DNA of 61,071 nt, counting the filler, from Dugesia japonica (taxonomy: Eukaryota), in assembly GCA_001938525.1 (NCBI GenBank). It is 5 parts of 5 records of this genome, joined end to end, with 100 filler letters (N's around TTAATTAATTAA, not from the genome) between each part and the next. Parts side by side here need not be neighbours in the genome. Positions count along the whole stretch, not along the records: positions 34,108 to 51,679 come from MQRL01628809.1; positions 51,780 to 61,071 come from MQRL01626514.1; 3 more parts are not named here. The stretch is one strand, 5' to 3'. The translations under genes were made by a program, and so were the position numbers. Shown piece after piece: positions 48,880 to 61,071 of the stretch (position 1 is the stretch's first letter; the number at the start of each line of letters is the position of its first letter). Below the pieces are notes generated by a model. The model saw only the letters and a list, made by a program, of their open reading frames with translations, was not told the DNA's origin and ran no database searches.

Positions 48880-51533
48880 AGCAAATCAGAGTTCATATTG
48901 TTAGACATTTTTTATTTTACTACTACAAACTATACTTAATAAGAAAAATGATTATTGAATAGAATTTTAAAAATCTTTGTGCAATTTCTATTGGCTCAAA
49001 ATTATTAAATAATAATTATTTCCTCATACCCCCATTCTTAAGAAACTTTCTAAGTTTTTCCACATTTCTTTCTAATTGCTCTCTATTTTCTCCTTGTACT
49101 GCATACCGCCTTTCATGAATTTTCTCAATCTGTGTTCAAATCTGTGTTGGCTTTTATTTCTTGTTTCTATCTTGATGAGTACCATATCACCACTTTGAGT
49201 TCTCTTTTAGTAATCACGTCTGAAGTATTTTCTTTAGCTCTTTCTGAAACGTCTGACTCATACCACTTTTTTCTGTTAATTTTCTTTCCAAGTAAAATCT
49301 CAGCCGGAAATATTAGTGCAGTCATTAGAGATTTCTACAGACCCTCAAAAGTATCGTTTATTTCATCTGTCCATTCTAATTTCTTGTTGCTTGGTCCGCT
49401 ACACAACTGCTCTAATATCTTTGATTTTCTTGGTAGTTTTTTATAAACTTCCTGTAATAATTACAAATTCCCAAGACACTTCGTAACTTCTTTACACAGT
49501 TAGGTTTGCCAAATGTTCTTATAGCTTCTATTTTAGACGGATCAGTTCTAANNNNNNNNNNNNNNNNNNNNNNNNNNNNNNNNNNNNNNNNNNNNNNNNN
49601 NNNNNNNNNNNNNNNNNNNNNNNNNNNNNNNNNNNNNNNNNNNNNNNNNNNNNNNNNNNNNNNNNNNNNNNNNNNNNNNNNNNNNNNNNNNNNNNNNNNN
49701 NNNNNNNNNNNNNNNAAACCATGGCTCCATTGATTCCGCCTACCACTTTTGTCATCATCTCTTGAAATGTCCCTGGTGCTGCTGCGATGTTAAATGGCAT
49801 TCTATTAAAACAATATTATCAGTGCTTCATTGAAAACGCCGTTTTTTCTTGAGATTCTTTTTCGATTTCTACCTGATAGTATGCATTTCCAAAATCTATT
49901 GAACTGAAATATTTGGTTCCATCTAACTTGTCCAGCATTTCAACGGCATTAGGCATCGGAAAGGCTTGTCATTTCGTTACTGCATTCAATTATCTAAGCA
50001 TATTCTTACATCCTTCTTTTTTCTTTTTCCAAAAACAAATCAGGGAGGTATCCCATGGAGAGTTGCATTTTGAGACAATATTATTCTCGAAAAGGTTTTG
50101 GATAGTTTATTCAATTTTAAATTCTTAGTTCATTGGTTTTACAATGATTGGTTCACCACCTTTGATTATTTTGTGTCTTGTCAGATGTGTGCGTCCTACA
50201 TCCCATTTATCTGCCATAAAAGCAGATCTTTTTTACTTTCAGTTATGTTCAATAACCGTTGATCTTCTTTAATCTTCAAAGTATTTAAAGCTCTTGTCAA
50301 TTGCTCTCTCTTTTTAATTTGTCTCCAAAATTTTGCTTCAATATTACAAATCTAATTTTCAACTTTTTAATGCGTTTTGCTATCAACCTTTTACATAAGT
50401 TGATATCCAAAAATCTTCTGCATATCTATTACTCCTATTAGATCTGGAGTCACTCTTTCAACAACTAAGAAACTTCAACAATTATCACTCCAGTTCTAAC
50501 TTTCCCAACAATTCCAAGTGTACTATTATTTGCACAACGCAATTTTTCATCACTCATTTCTAAATGAACTTCTTGTAATTTATTAAAACAACTCAAACTC
50601 ATAACGTTAATTCTAGTTCCTGTATCTAATATACATTCAACTTTATTTCCTTGAATTGATACCGTAACACTTAGCCTGCTTTGCAATTTATGATACGACA
50701 TATTTGTTTTGTGTTCTGCTTCAATTGTTCCAACCCATTCTACTTTTCAATTATCCCAAAACTTTTCCCTCTTTAAGAACCTGTATACTTTTTCTGTAAC
50801 TTTCTCGATATCATCCCACTTTTCGACCCCTTGAGGATAATTACTAACTTCATTTAACAATGGATGGCTCCAAACAACTCCTCTACTGGTNNNNNNNNNN
50901 NNTTTGGGTACTGCCTTTCAAAATCACTTTCATATGCTTCCTCATATCCATCGTTTGTACTGAGATCTTCATCTTCAATCGAATGTACTCGATTATATCG
51001 GTTTCTTGATCTTTCTGCAGTCAAAAATTTCTCACTTGTTCTTTTTGCTTTCAAATTTGAGTAGCACTCTTCTGCTCTATGTCCACTATTATCACATCGT
51101 TTACACCTCACTTCTTGACATAACTTTCTAATATGGCCAACCTTTCCACAACCAAAACATTTTGATGGTTTTTTGTTTGGACAATCTCAACTTATATGTC
51201 CTGTTTTATGACAACTCCAACACTCTACCACTTTTTCTGTCGGACAATTAGCTTTAGTATGACCGATCTTATGACATAACCAATATTCAATATTTTGTTT
51301 TTCCTTTCTTTGCTCCACATGTCTATTGATTGTATATTTACAGGTTTCTGATAATTTTGATTTGTAACTCTCGCGTAACTTCTAACTACATCAACTCGAT
51401 TTCTGTTTTCCTCTACTCGATCTACTAACGTCATTGTTTCTTCAATTTCTTCAATATTCTCTCGTTTCCGTAAAGTCACTTCTTCTTCAACCTTTCTGTT
51501 ATCTGAACAATATACTAGCATCTTTGCAACCAT
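48880..51533 (-). mobile_element. Gypsy element (gag, protease, RT, internal deletion, integrase tail, LTR start); same family as 32282-34007
   Basis: Four CCHC-like knuckles, CILDTG, MPFNI. Sequence jumps to the integrase tail at about 49320. PPT AAGAATGGGGG at about 49029-49040. Confidence 0.92.
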
Positions 51534-51723
51534 TTTGTTGTTGGGTATTTCTACTCAACAAAAGATTTTATGGTTCGAAAATATAATTAAGATTTTACGG
51601 GTGTCAAATTCTTTATCTTTAATTGTGTGTCGATACAATATTATATAATCAATATGTGACAATGTAAATAAACTAATATNNNNNNNNNNNNNNNNNNNNN
51701 NNNNNNNNNNNNNNNNNNNNNNN

Positions 51724-51735
51724 TTAATTAATTAA
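51724..51735. other. Artificial contig linker
   Basis: TTAATTAATTAA embedded in Ns. Confidence 0.95.
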
Positions 51736-51947
51736 NNNNNNNNNNNNNNNNNNNNNNNNNNNNNNNNNNNNNNNNNNNNAAACCCATCATAATTATAAAC
51801 ACAAAATATAACACATACAGAATTATAGACACATAATAAATTAGACATATAATGTATACATAATTTACAATATAATAATAATAATTATAATAATAATGAT
51901 AATAATTACAATTACAAAAATTACGAGAAATAAGAAATTTCAATATA

Positions 51948-52803
51948 CAAGTAACCTTCTTACAACGCGGTAGATATGTTCCTAATAAATGCTGCGTTTT
52001 AAGAAATCGTGTTGTAGGAGACGTTAACTCCATAAAAAAAATCAGAATTTGGTTCCAAATTGCAAAATTGGTTTTTATATTGTATATACTTACTATCTTT
52101 TAGTTTTTTTTATTGAGTCTTGACAACATAATTTGATAACACTTCATTTATTCAAATAAAAACAAAACAAAATAGAATAAAAATAGAATTTAAAAGCTTC
52201 TTAACATATTCAAGTTGAAAGACTTAATGAATCAAAATAAAAATAAAACGATAACTTTTTTCAAATCTAGACACACTCCTCCTCATCACTTATCATCAAT
52301 CATTTGAGTCTATCTTGAATGTTTTGCTTGTGGTGGTACTAATTCAAAATTCCGAGCTTGATCGCTATCAGATTCCGGTACCTTTTCAACGATTATTAGC
52401 TTAAAAATATAGTTTAATGAAGTCTGTATGTTGTTGTTTCGTAAATATTTATAAATTTACTTATTGATTTTGATTTTCATAAATTAAATTTCCATATTTT
52501 AAATCTTATATATAAAAAGCATATAAAAACTNNNNNNNNNNNNNNNNNNNNNNNNNNNNNNNNNNNNNNNNNNNNNNNNNNNNNNNNNNNNNNNNNNNNN
52601 NNNNTATAATTTAATTCTTACGACTTCTTTGTGAATGACGTGAAAAGCATAAATTTCAATAACGAATTTTGAAATTGTATTTATGGGAAGAACCTTTTTT
52701 TAAATTGAAATAAAAATGTTTGAAAAAAATTGCGTTACATATAAAAAAAATTCTGTGAAAATCGCGTTGTAGGAAACTTCAGATTGTGTGAGAGGGATGC
52801 CTG
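51948..52803. mobile_element. Possible pogo/Tigger-like non-autonomous element
   Basis: TA-CAAGTAACC...TACAACGCG at left and CGCGTTGTAGG...GATGCCTG-TA at right. Confidence 0.45.
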
Positions 52804-55800
52804 TACTCTTATATAACAATTTTACTCGATTAATGTTTTTCGATTGATTTACACTGGTCAATTTTAGATTTTAATTTTATTCGATAGATTTTCACGGGTA
52901 ATATATTAAGCAGTTAATTTTAAGAATTTTAATTAGGTTAAATTTTTACTATATAATTTTTAATAGGTTTATTTTTAGCAGTTAATTTTAGAATGTAATT
53001 TTTTATATATTATTTATATAGTATAACATTTTATATAGTATTTTTACAATTGATTTTAGGTAGTTGATTTTTACAATTAATTTTAAGTAGTTAATTTTTA
53101 CCTTATAAATTTTTGTATAAGATTTTAACATAGAATACGTTTTCATTGGTTAATTTATACTTGGATTGATTTTCAAGTAGTTAAGTCTTTTATTTTTAAT
53201 CAATTAATTCAACTTAAGCTAACTTTTATATTATAATTTTTCATGGGTTTATTCTCGAATTTTAATATGAAGTCATTTTAATCGGTTAAGATTAAGTAGT
53301 TAATTTTTTAGTTAAATTTTTATATAAGATTTTCACTGGTTTATTTTTGAATTTTATCCAGTGGTATTTCAGTTTTTATTTAAAATTTTCACACCGATTA
53401 ATTTTTACTTTGATTTATTTCCCCTGATTGTATTTTAGTTTTATTCAATTGATATTTTCGATTATTTTTCCTTTGGTAATATATTTGAATTTTACTTTGG
53501 TAGAATTTTAGAGTTTGCCTATAGTATCAATTTTTCATCGGATAATCATCCCCAATGTTATTTAATTTTTTTATAAGATTTTAGCATGGATTAATTTTTA
53601 CAAGGTTATTCTTAAGAATTTTGTCTCGGGTTAATATTTTAATTTGTCCCTGTTTGATTGTAAATTTTACCTTGGTAGTAGTTTAGAGTTTTGACCCTAG
53701 TGATACTTTAAATTTTAGAACCTGCTAATATGTTTTCTATTTTTATATAAATATTTAAATTTTAGAGTTCATTTGTTACATTAGTATATAGAATATGAAG
53801 AATTTAATTAATTATTTAATTAATTTATGAATTAAGTAGGTTAAAAGAATAAGACCTATAGATTATATTTAATGAAATAAACATATTCAATTAAGTAACT
53901 AAAGTTATTTGTTTAGTGGATATAGTGTATCACCTTTATGAGTTTATTTGGTTTATTTAGATTTTTGAATATATTTTCGTTTATTATGTATATTTAACTT
54001 AGATTATATGGTGTATCGCAAAAAATTGGTAGATAATTTTGCAAGAGTAGAAATCTGAGTTAACACAACAGTTCGAAAAATTTCTCACCATTTGAAATCG
54101 AGTTTAGTCGAAAGATAAATTTACATGCTAAAGAAGTAAGAATGAAGGAAGATATCATTTTTTAAGATATTGTTTTAGATTTGATATTCATTATTTGGCT
54201 TAATTATTTATCTAAAATTTTATTGCCACTATTGGTTTTAAATGTTAATTTGTACCGTGCTTAATTATCTAATTTTAATTTTCCTTGCTTAATAAAATTA
54301 ATGATTTTAATTTTTGTTAATTTATTTAATCATTTAGTTATCTGATCTAGTTAATTAGTTCAAATTTAATTCTAAACAGTTGCTTATTGAACTATTCTAA
54401 GGTGTTAATAACGAAAGTTAATTCTAGAATTTTCTAGATGACAATAAAATTTTTACTCCTTTGCATCATGCTGTTTTGTTGCTGCAAAATGGGAATTATA
54501 AATAATTATTTTCACTGAACCATGATTATAGGGATTCTTGCTAAGACTCCGTAAGGGTTCGAACGAGAATAGATGGCGAAGTTTCCCTATCTTCTCTCTT
54601 TTGGGCTCTAGGAGTGGTGGACGAAGATAAATGATGCTGCATAAATAAACGTAATTTAAACATTTTTTAAAGCATTTCTATTAAAATAGTTTTGATGGTT
54701 ATTAATTTTAATAACAGATGTACGCGTTGAGAAAAATTACGGAAAAAAGACATTTATATTTGGCCGTATTTGGATGAGAATGGTTACTATTATATCGAAT
54801 GGTCCGAGGTTCAATTGATATTAAATGCAGGCGAGAAGCAAATGGAAGAACAAAGAGCTGAATTGGTAGCAGAGCTAAAAATAACAAAACTGAAGCTGGC
54901 AATAAAATATAGTAATCTCCAGAAGAATAAGATGCGTGAGATAATGGGTGGCTTATAAGAAAATTACCAGATAAACCATCTGTTGGCAGTACGAGGAGGG
55001 TGAGTATTCGACCCCTAAAAAACTAGGCGACCGAGCAGCAAGAGCAGTAAGAAGAAATGCAGATATTACGAGAACTGGTGGGCCTGAGCGGCAGAACCCA
55101 ACAGCTTAAGTTCGACTAATAAAAATATTAGTGTTTGTTATTTATTTAACTTTTATCATTTTCGTGATCTTTGTTTTGTTTCGAAACTTAGTGTCACGGT
55201 GATATGTATGTGACAGTTAAATTATGTTATTCTTCTTAACCAGCAGAAGCTGTGGTCCTAAGGAACTATCATTGAGTACAACAAAATTTGTTAATTGGCC
55301 GTAGAAAGGAATAAAATTGAATTTTCTCCATTAGAATATTTTAGTTACGAATGTTTAAATTAAAATTAACATACATGAAATTTCGTATATTTGAATTTGA
55401 ATTACTGTCGATCGTGATAATTTTTTTGTCCAATAATTTCAGTGAACAAATGGCTAAAGACGTGCTGGTATTGCAAAAACGAGGAAAGGACGAAAGACGT
55501 TAGAAGAATTCCCTGATTTACGAGACGATACTGGGCTTCAAAAACATTTGTTTTATCAAAGCATTCCGCTGGTTTTATGAGTTTCTGAACTTTTTCATCG
55601 TGGATTCTTTGAGTTATTGTTTCATAACGTTCCTGCGCATTGTAGAGTCTAGTAATTTCAAAGGTTTAAAATGACTTCAAAGTAACAGCTACTGCTTAGT
55701 AACTTTTATGAAATAATTAACAAAGTCGATTTTTCAATAATTATATTAATTAGAATTTATTATATTCCTGTTAATATGAATTATAATTTTCTGAACCAAA

Positions 55801-56259
55801 AAACTTGAAATTTTCAATCATTTTTAAGTTTTGATAATTTATTTCGATATTAAAATAGTTTCTCTAAAATATATTTTTTACCACATTATTATTCAAAACT
55901 ATTAAAACTATTAATTAAAACATTAATAAAAATTTCATCAATAACTATTATTCAATGTTCATTTTCAGTAAAACCAATCATTATAATGGAAATAATAACT
56001 CTATCATCTAATAAATAGGACTCCATAATCAACCAGTCACACTTTATTACTTATCGTTAATAAAAATCTACTACTTTTACCAACAATGAACAAAGAAATA
56101 TAATTTCGCATACCATCTGAAACAGTTAGTGATTTGATGTGAAAAGAATTATGAAATGCGATTGCACACATTAACCACTTCGTAACATAATTAGCTGCTT
56201 CATTGATTGTATCAATCAATAAATATTCATTAATATATTCATTTTATTTTGATTTGTGC

Positions 56260-56578
56260 AATGAATAATTACAACTCTTTTGAAAATTCAAATGTAATAG
56301 ATCAAAGTGCCTTCTCTAATTTACCAAATAATCAACGATTACCTCTGCATTTTCTTCATAATCAAACTCCAAACAATAATAATCTTAATAACAGTATTTT
56401 TCAATCTGGAAATTTCGAAAATGAAAGTTATAGAATGATTTACAGCAACACTTATCAATCCGGATTTCCTAATTCACAACAAAATAGAAATTCAGTATTT
56501 TTGGCTTATTTACAAAGCAAAAAATCAATTTATATTGGTCCGATTTTGATGAATGTTTCTTACTTAAATAATTGTTAG
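56260..56578 (+). CDS. Asn/Gln/Ser-rich ORF, possible host exon
   Basis: MNNYNSFENSNVIDQSAF..., about 105 codons, low complexity, no domain. Confidence 0.35.
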
Positions 56579-56779
56579 TTGAATTTATTTTTTTGAATTG
56601 ATTTTATGAATTTTGTGGTTGACATTGATGAATGATATTTCAATAAAATGGTCGCATTTCATNNNNNNNNNNNNNNNNNNNNNNNNNNNNNNNNNNNNNN
56701 NNNNNNNNNNNNNNNNNNNNNNNNNNNNNNNNNNNNNNNNNNNNNNNNNTATCCCACTTAATTAATTTCAACTTGAAAT

Positions 56780-57360
56780 AGTTGAAAATACTTTCATAAA
56801 GGTATTTTTGTTCCAATATTATTCCTTGCACAACAGTGGTATATATTCTATGTTCTTAGCCGGGTAAAATGCAACATTAATGGAGTTCGTTTTACGTATC
56901 ATCATTGCCTTGCGCATAGAAAAATTAAAACATTACCTGCGCCAATAAAAACGAGTTCGTGTTCACTAAAAGTTGAGATAGGTTATAAATATGAGGAAGA
57001 ATATTCAACTCAATTGTTTNTCAGCCGTTTCTTAAATCCGGCATTTTGTAGAATTTTTCCAAAGTGTTGTTAAATCTTTTTAATCCTCTCTAAATAGTTG
57101 CTGGTCAAATTTGGACTTCATATTTTTCTCAGTGTAGTGTTTTTAAAGTTACTGTATAATTGTTATCTTGGTTTCTCATTCTATGCTAGCTACTGTTGGT
57201 TGATTTTCTTCTTTTTTATCTAAATTAATACTTTTAGTGATTATAAACCTAATAATTATTGAAATAACAGTAGTTCTTCAAATTCATGTTTTCATTATTG
57301 TGATTTTGGTTGTTGTGCATTAATACAATTCTGTTTCTTAAGACACTGATTGTTAACTCG
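56780..57360 (-). mobile_element. Tc1/IS630-like transposase remnant
   Basis: ELVFIGAGNVFNFSMRK resembles 'LIFIDESGFNLSMRR'. Heavily decayed. Confidence 0.45.
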
Positions 57361-58264
57361 TAACTTCCTCGATCCAGTACATTTAATTCTTTTAAGGATT
57401 TATAAAGTATCATTATAATTAATGTGATAATTAATCATATTTCATTAAATACATTTTAGCAATTAATTTACACTGCCGAAATAAAATGAAATTTTGTTAT
57501 TTTGTTCAATAATACTTTTTATTTTATAAATTCGTTTTCTTCAATCTGATATCCCTAAGCCATGTAGTGTTTCTTATGTCAGTGTTTCTTAAAATGTGGT
57601 CCGTTAACCCATATAATTCTTTAACCAAAATAATCTCTAAGCATTACATTGATCATGTCTTCCATAGGTTCTCATCCTCTGTTTATAATATAGATATATT
57701 ATATGAATAAAAGTAAAAGTACTTACAGACGATATAAGAGCAAATCAACAAATACTACTGCTTAGAAAAAAAACCTTATATGATTCTAAAAAATAGTAAA
57801 AAATAAATTAATCAGATAAATAAATAAATAATTTTACTAATTAAAGAAAGTTAAGCAGTATTACTAATAGCTCAAAGATAGTCTACCGCTTGAAATAAAA
57901 ACATCACAAAATTATACTACTGAATATAGAGAATATTTTCTTATTAACAATTAATTCTAGTCTATAATTACAATTATTGCTAGAAAATTGTTGGATTTTA
58001 CTACTAAATGCGTTTTAAAAGTTTCAATAAGTTGAAAAGCTTAGATCGAAATGATCATTTTACTCAAAGCTTTTTAATGTATTGAAACTAATTCTATTCA
58101 TAAATTAATGANNNNNNNNNNNNNNNNNNNNNNNNNNNNNNNNNNNNNNNNNNNNNNNNNNATTTTTTTCCACAATCAACTACAATGTTGAATTATTTTA
58201 AATGAATTCTGAAAAACGATCAATGGTTACGCCCAAAAATTATTCTCGAAATAATTGCAATTTT

Positions 58265-58299
<35 letters not shown>

Positions 58300-58920
58300 A
58301 TTATATTATTATTATTTTTATAAATATATTCTTTTTATTAAATTGAAACTATATAACCGTATATTAATCGATGTTGAGACGACGCCATTTGAAATATTCA
58401 AATATTTATTATCTGATTCTATAAAAATGTAATATAATCAATTTATTTGATATATCTTACTTCATATGTTAATGTCTATTTTTTTTAAAATTTCTTAAGT
58501 GAATAAAAATATTAGTTCATATGTTTTATACTTTTCGTATTTGAAAAAGTCTTGAAAAATTAAAGAAACCACATCCTTGTTTCTGTAATTAAGCAGAATT
58601 TAAAGTTCTTTTAACATCATATTTTTAATAGAAAAATAAAATATTTGTTTTAATTTATTTGTAATGACCCTAAAAACTAGTACAGAAAATTCGATTTCAA
58701 TTTGTAAAGTGAAAGAATTTATTGTTTAATTTGATATATTCGTTGAAACTATATATTACTATATATTTGATATATTACGTAAAAACCAAAAAAGCCGGAG
58801 CTAATCTTTTGCAAAGCAAATAGTTGAGATAAGCTTGAAGATATATTTTTTTATTTTGTAAATTAAAATAGTTGAAAATTTCATCTTAGTGTACATACAT
58901 AATCAATTTCTAATTGCATG

Positions 58921-59108
58921 ATGTGCTCAAAATATGAAACCAGGGGGTTTACGACCATTTGAATACATTTGTAAGTAGCTCATAAAACTGTAGAAATAAA
59001 ATAAAATTCTGTTAAATAATACTTATTATTATCAATTTCGTTTTATTCAACCTGGTATTTCGAAAAATGTGGTCCGTAAAATCCCTTGGTTTCATATTTT
59101 GAGTGCAT
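58921..59108. mobile_element. Fold-back/MITE-like element with about 45-bp imperfect inverted repeats
   Basis: CTCAAAATATGAAACCA... at 58926 and TGGTTTCATATTTTGAG at about 59087-59103. Confidence 0.65.
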
Positions 59109-59699
59109 TTTTGCTTGTGAACTATCCGAATCCTGACTTTACGAATGGAGACAAACATATATGATACACACTTACTATTTTTAAAAGAAATATTAATTTG
59201 TAGGTTTGTAAGAATAATTAAACTAATAAAAATAATAATTAAAGAGTAGGTTTATATGAGTGTATCGGACATTTCCCCCTTTACTTAATATAGTGATCTA
59301 TGATTTAACATGTGTTTTATGCGACGATAAAAATTATATAATCGATGTGCACTATCGATCGATTGTTGTGCGCCTATTTTGAAATATTTTAAATGATAAC
59401 ATTTAATTAGCAAAAATTTTTTTGAAAAACATTTTTGATTTATTATTATAGCTGTCTAATATTCAGTATAAATCCTTAAGATTTTAATCGAGGGTTTTAA
59501 TTTAATGAAATCATAAATCCGTAAATCTTAGTATGAATAATACAAACTGCACTACGTAAAGTGGGAAATGGGGTGGCCAGCTGTACTCTTATTTATCTAC
59601 TTTAAAGTTTAATTATTCCAAATAATAATTTAATTTAAAAATAACTCATATTTTTTAAATATTTCTCGATTTTATTTATATTTTATTTTGAACCCGTTC

Positions 59700-60050
59700 G
59701 CTTATATGACGGTCCCAAAATGCAATTTTTCTTGTGAACTTTTCAAATCATCAATAGAACCTAGTTTTGTTTTGTTTTTGAAAAGGTATAAAAACTTTGA
59801 TATAATTTGTTTCAATATTTTATTTTCTATACAAGAACAATAAAAAAAATTATAAATCTTTATAATCAAGTTGGGCCAATGTGACTTAACGTCAAAATTT
59901 GGTGAACGTTTTTCTGACCATTTAAAAATATTATTTTCAAAATGTAATCCAGAAAGATCATGGTGTAACTGCAATGCAATGTAATAATAAAATTTTTAAT
60001 ATTTTGTTACGTTTTGATAAAAAAAGAGAAGTGACTTTTGACTCACCCTG
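59700..60050. mobile_element. Tc1/mariner-type element end
   Basis: Ends TGACTTTTGACTCACCCTG-TA (TA-CAGGGTG TIR type). Other end not found. Confidence 0.45.
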
Positions 60051-61071
60051 TATATTCTTTCAAAGCTTCGTGTCGTATCCAATTAAATTAAGTTATGTTT
60101 TATTTGAATTGTAAAATATACCAGATTTTCCATTAATTAATATTTTATTAAAATTTATAGTAAATTATATTAAAAGTTTTTCATAATAAATTTTCTTATT
60201 ATTATTAAAGAAATATATTTTACTATTTTAAACATTATTATAAATGATTCATTTCTCATTTCTGGCCACTACTTGCTTAGAAAAAGGTGTAACATCTGTA
60301 AGAGCAATTCATAAATGATGCATATCTTGAGAATTTTTTAATTTAATAATTTGGTATATATAATATAGTATTATATTAAAATTAATTCTTGAAATATTTT
60401 TAAAAATTACTTTGAATATTTTATATTAAAAACAAAGCATATAAGAGATTTAAAAAACAAGACATTTTTTGTTGAAGTTTTTTTGTGAAAATTTAAATTG
60501 GTTTAAATCATATTTATATTGTATTGTACAAAATTATTTTAATAAAAATATCTTTTAAATTATATTAATATTTTCTAAATATTTATATTACTGATTTTTT
60601 AAAAATTTAATTATAAAATTATTTTGAAAGATTAGTAAAGAAAATATCATGTGTATTTTTTTCGAAAATTGATATTTTTAAAAATAAAATTTTAAATTCT
60701 CTGATATGGGTTATTTATTTAAGTATGATGGATTATTCTTACATCTTTTTAACATTAATAAAACAATTGTGATAGTAAATAAAACTTATGGAAAATTGTG
60801 TAGTTCTCAATGTAACTAATAGCCTCGTTGCGTTTAAAAAGTGAGTCGCAAATGTTGATGCAATACAGTAAAGATTCAGAAAAAGAAACTACTTTGAAAC
60901 AAAATTTGAAAAAAGTTTGTTTTTCTGTAAAAAGTTTCTTTTTGTGAATTTGGTGTACAATTTCATCTTTTTTAGCAAAAAAAATTACTATGTAAATCTA
61001 ATAGTATTATAATTATATATTTTTCACCAAGCAAGTAAAAAAGGATGTATAACGAAAACAAACTTTTACTG

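Noticed and set aside
49506-49733. ORFs consisting mainly of X
   Set aside because: Artefacts of translating N gaps.
32282-51533. Inverted Gypsy copies appearing to flank the Polinton as a giant composite element
   Set aside because: An artificial contig linker at 34052 separates them, so relative orientation and distance are arbitrary.

Overview
Very AT-rich eukaryotic (probably invertebrate) DNA dominated by decayed mobile elements. The species cannot be determined from the sequence. Four artificial N-TTAATTAATTAA-N linkers split the window into five contigs (about 1-13737, 13838-24835, 24936-34007, 34108-51679, 51780-61071), so adjacency across those joins means nothing. Host content is a single-exon ARAP-like ArfGAP/RhoGAP gene (28021-31155), a PDZ-containing terminal exon (19097-19738, minus) and a few candidate exons. 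The main accessory feature is a decayed Polinton/Maverick (adintovirus-like) endogenous DNA virus at about 34480-42960 on the minus strand. It carries a packaging ATPase, integrase with chromodomain, minor capsid, a glycine-motif protein, major capsid and an adenain-like protease, and it has an AGTAGGTAG terminus. Inside it are a diverged tandem duplication and a small putatively myristoylated ORF overprinted on the integrase in both copies. No PolB is visible. Other features are a possible second Polinton-like end with an intact orphan ORF, minimal hammerhead ribozyme motifs in a Penelope-like inverted repeat, several Ty3/Gypsy remnants (one enclosed by hAT termini with an intact 8-bp TSD), and MULE, Tc1/mariner, hAT and MITE remnants.
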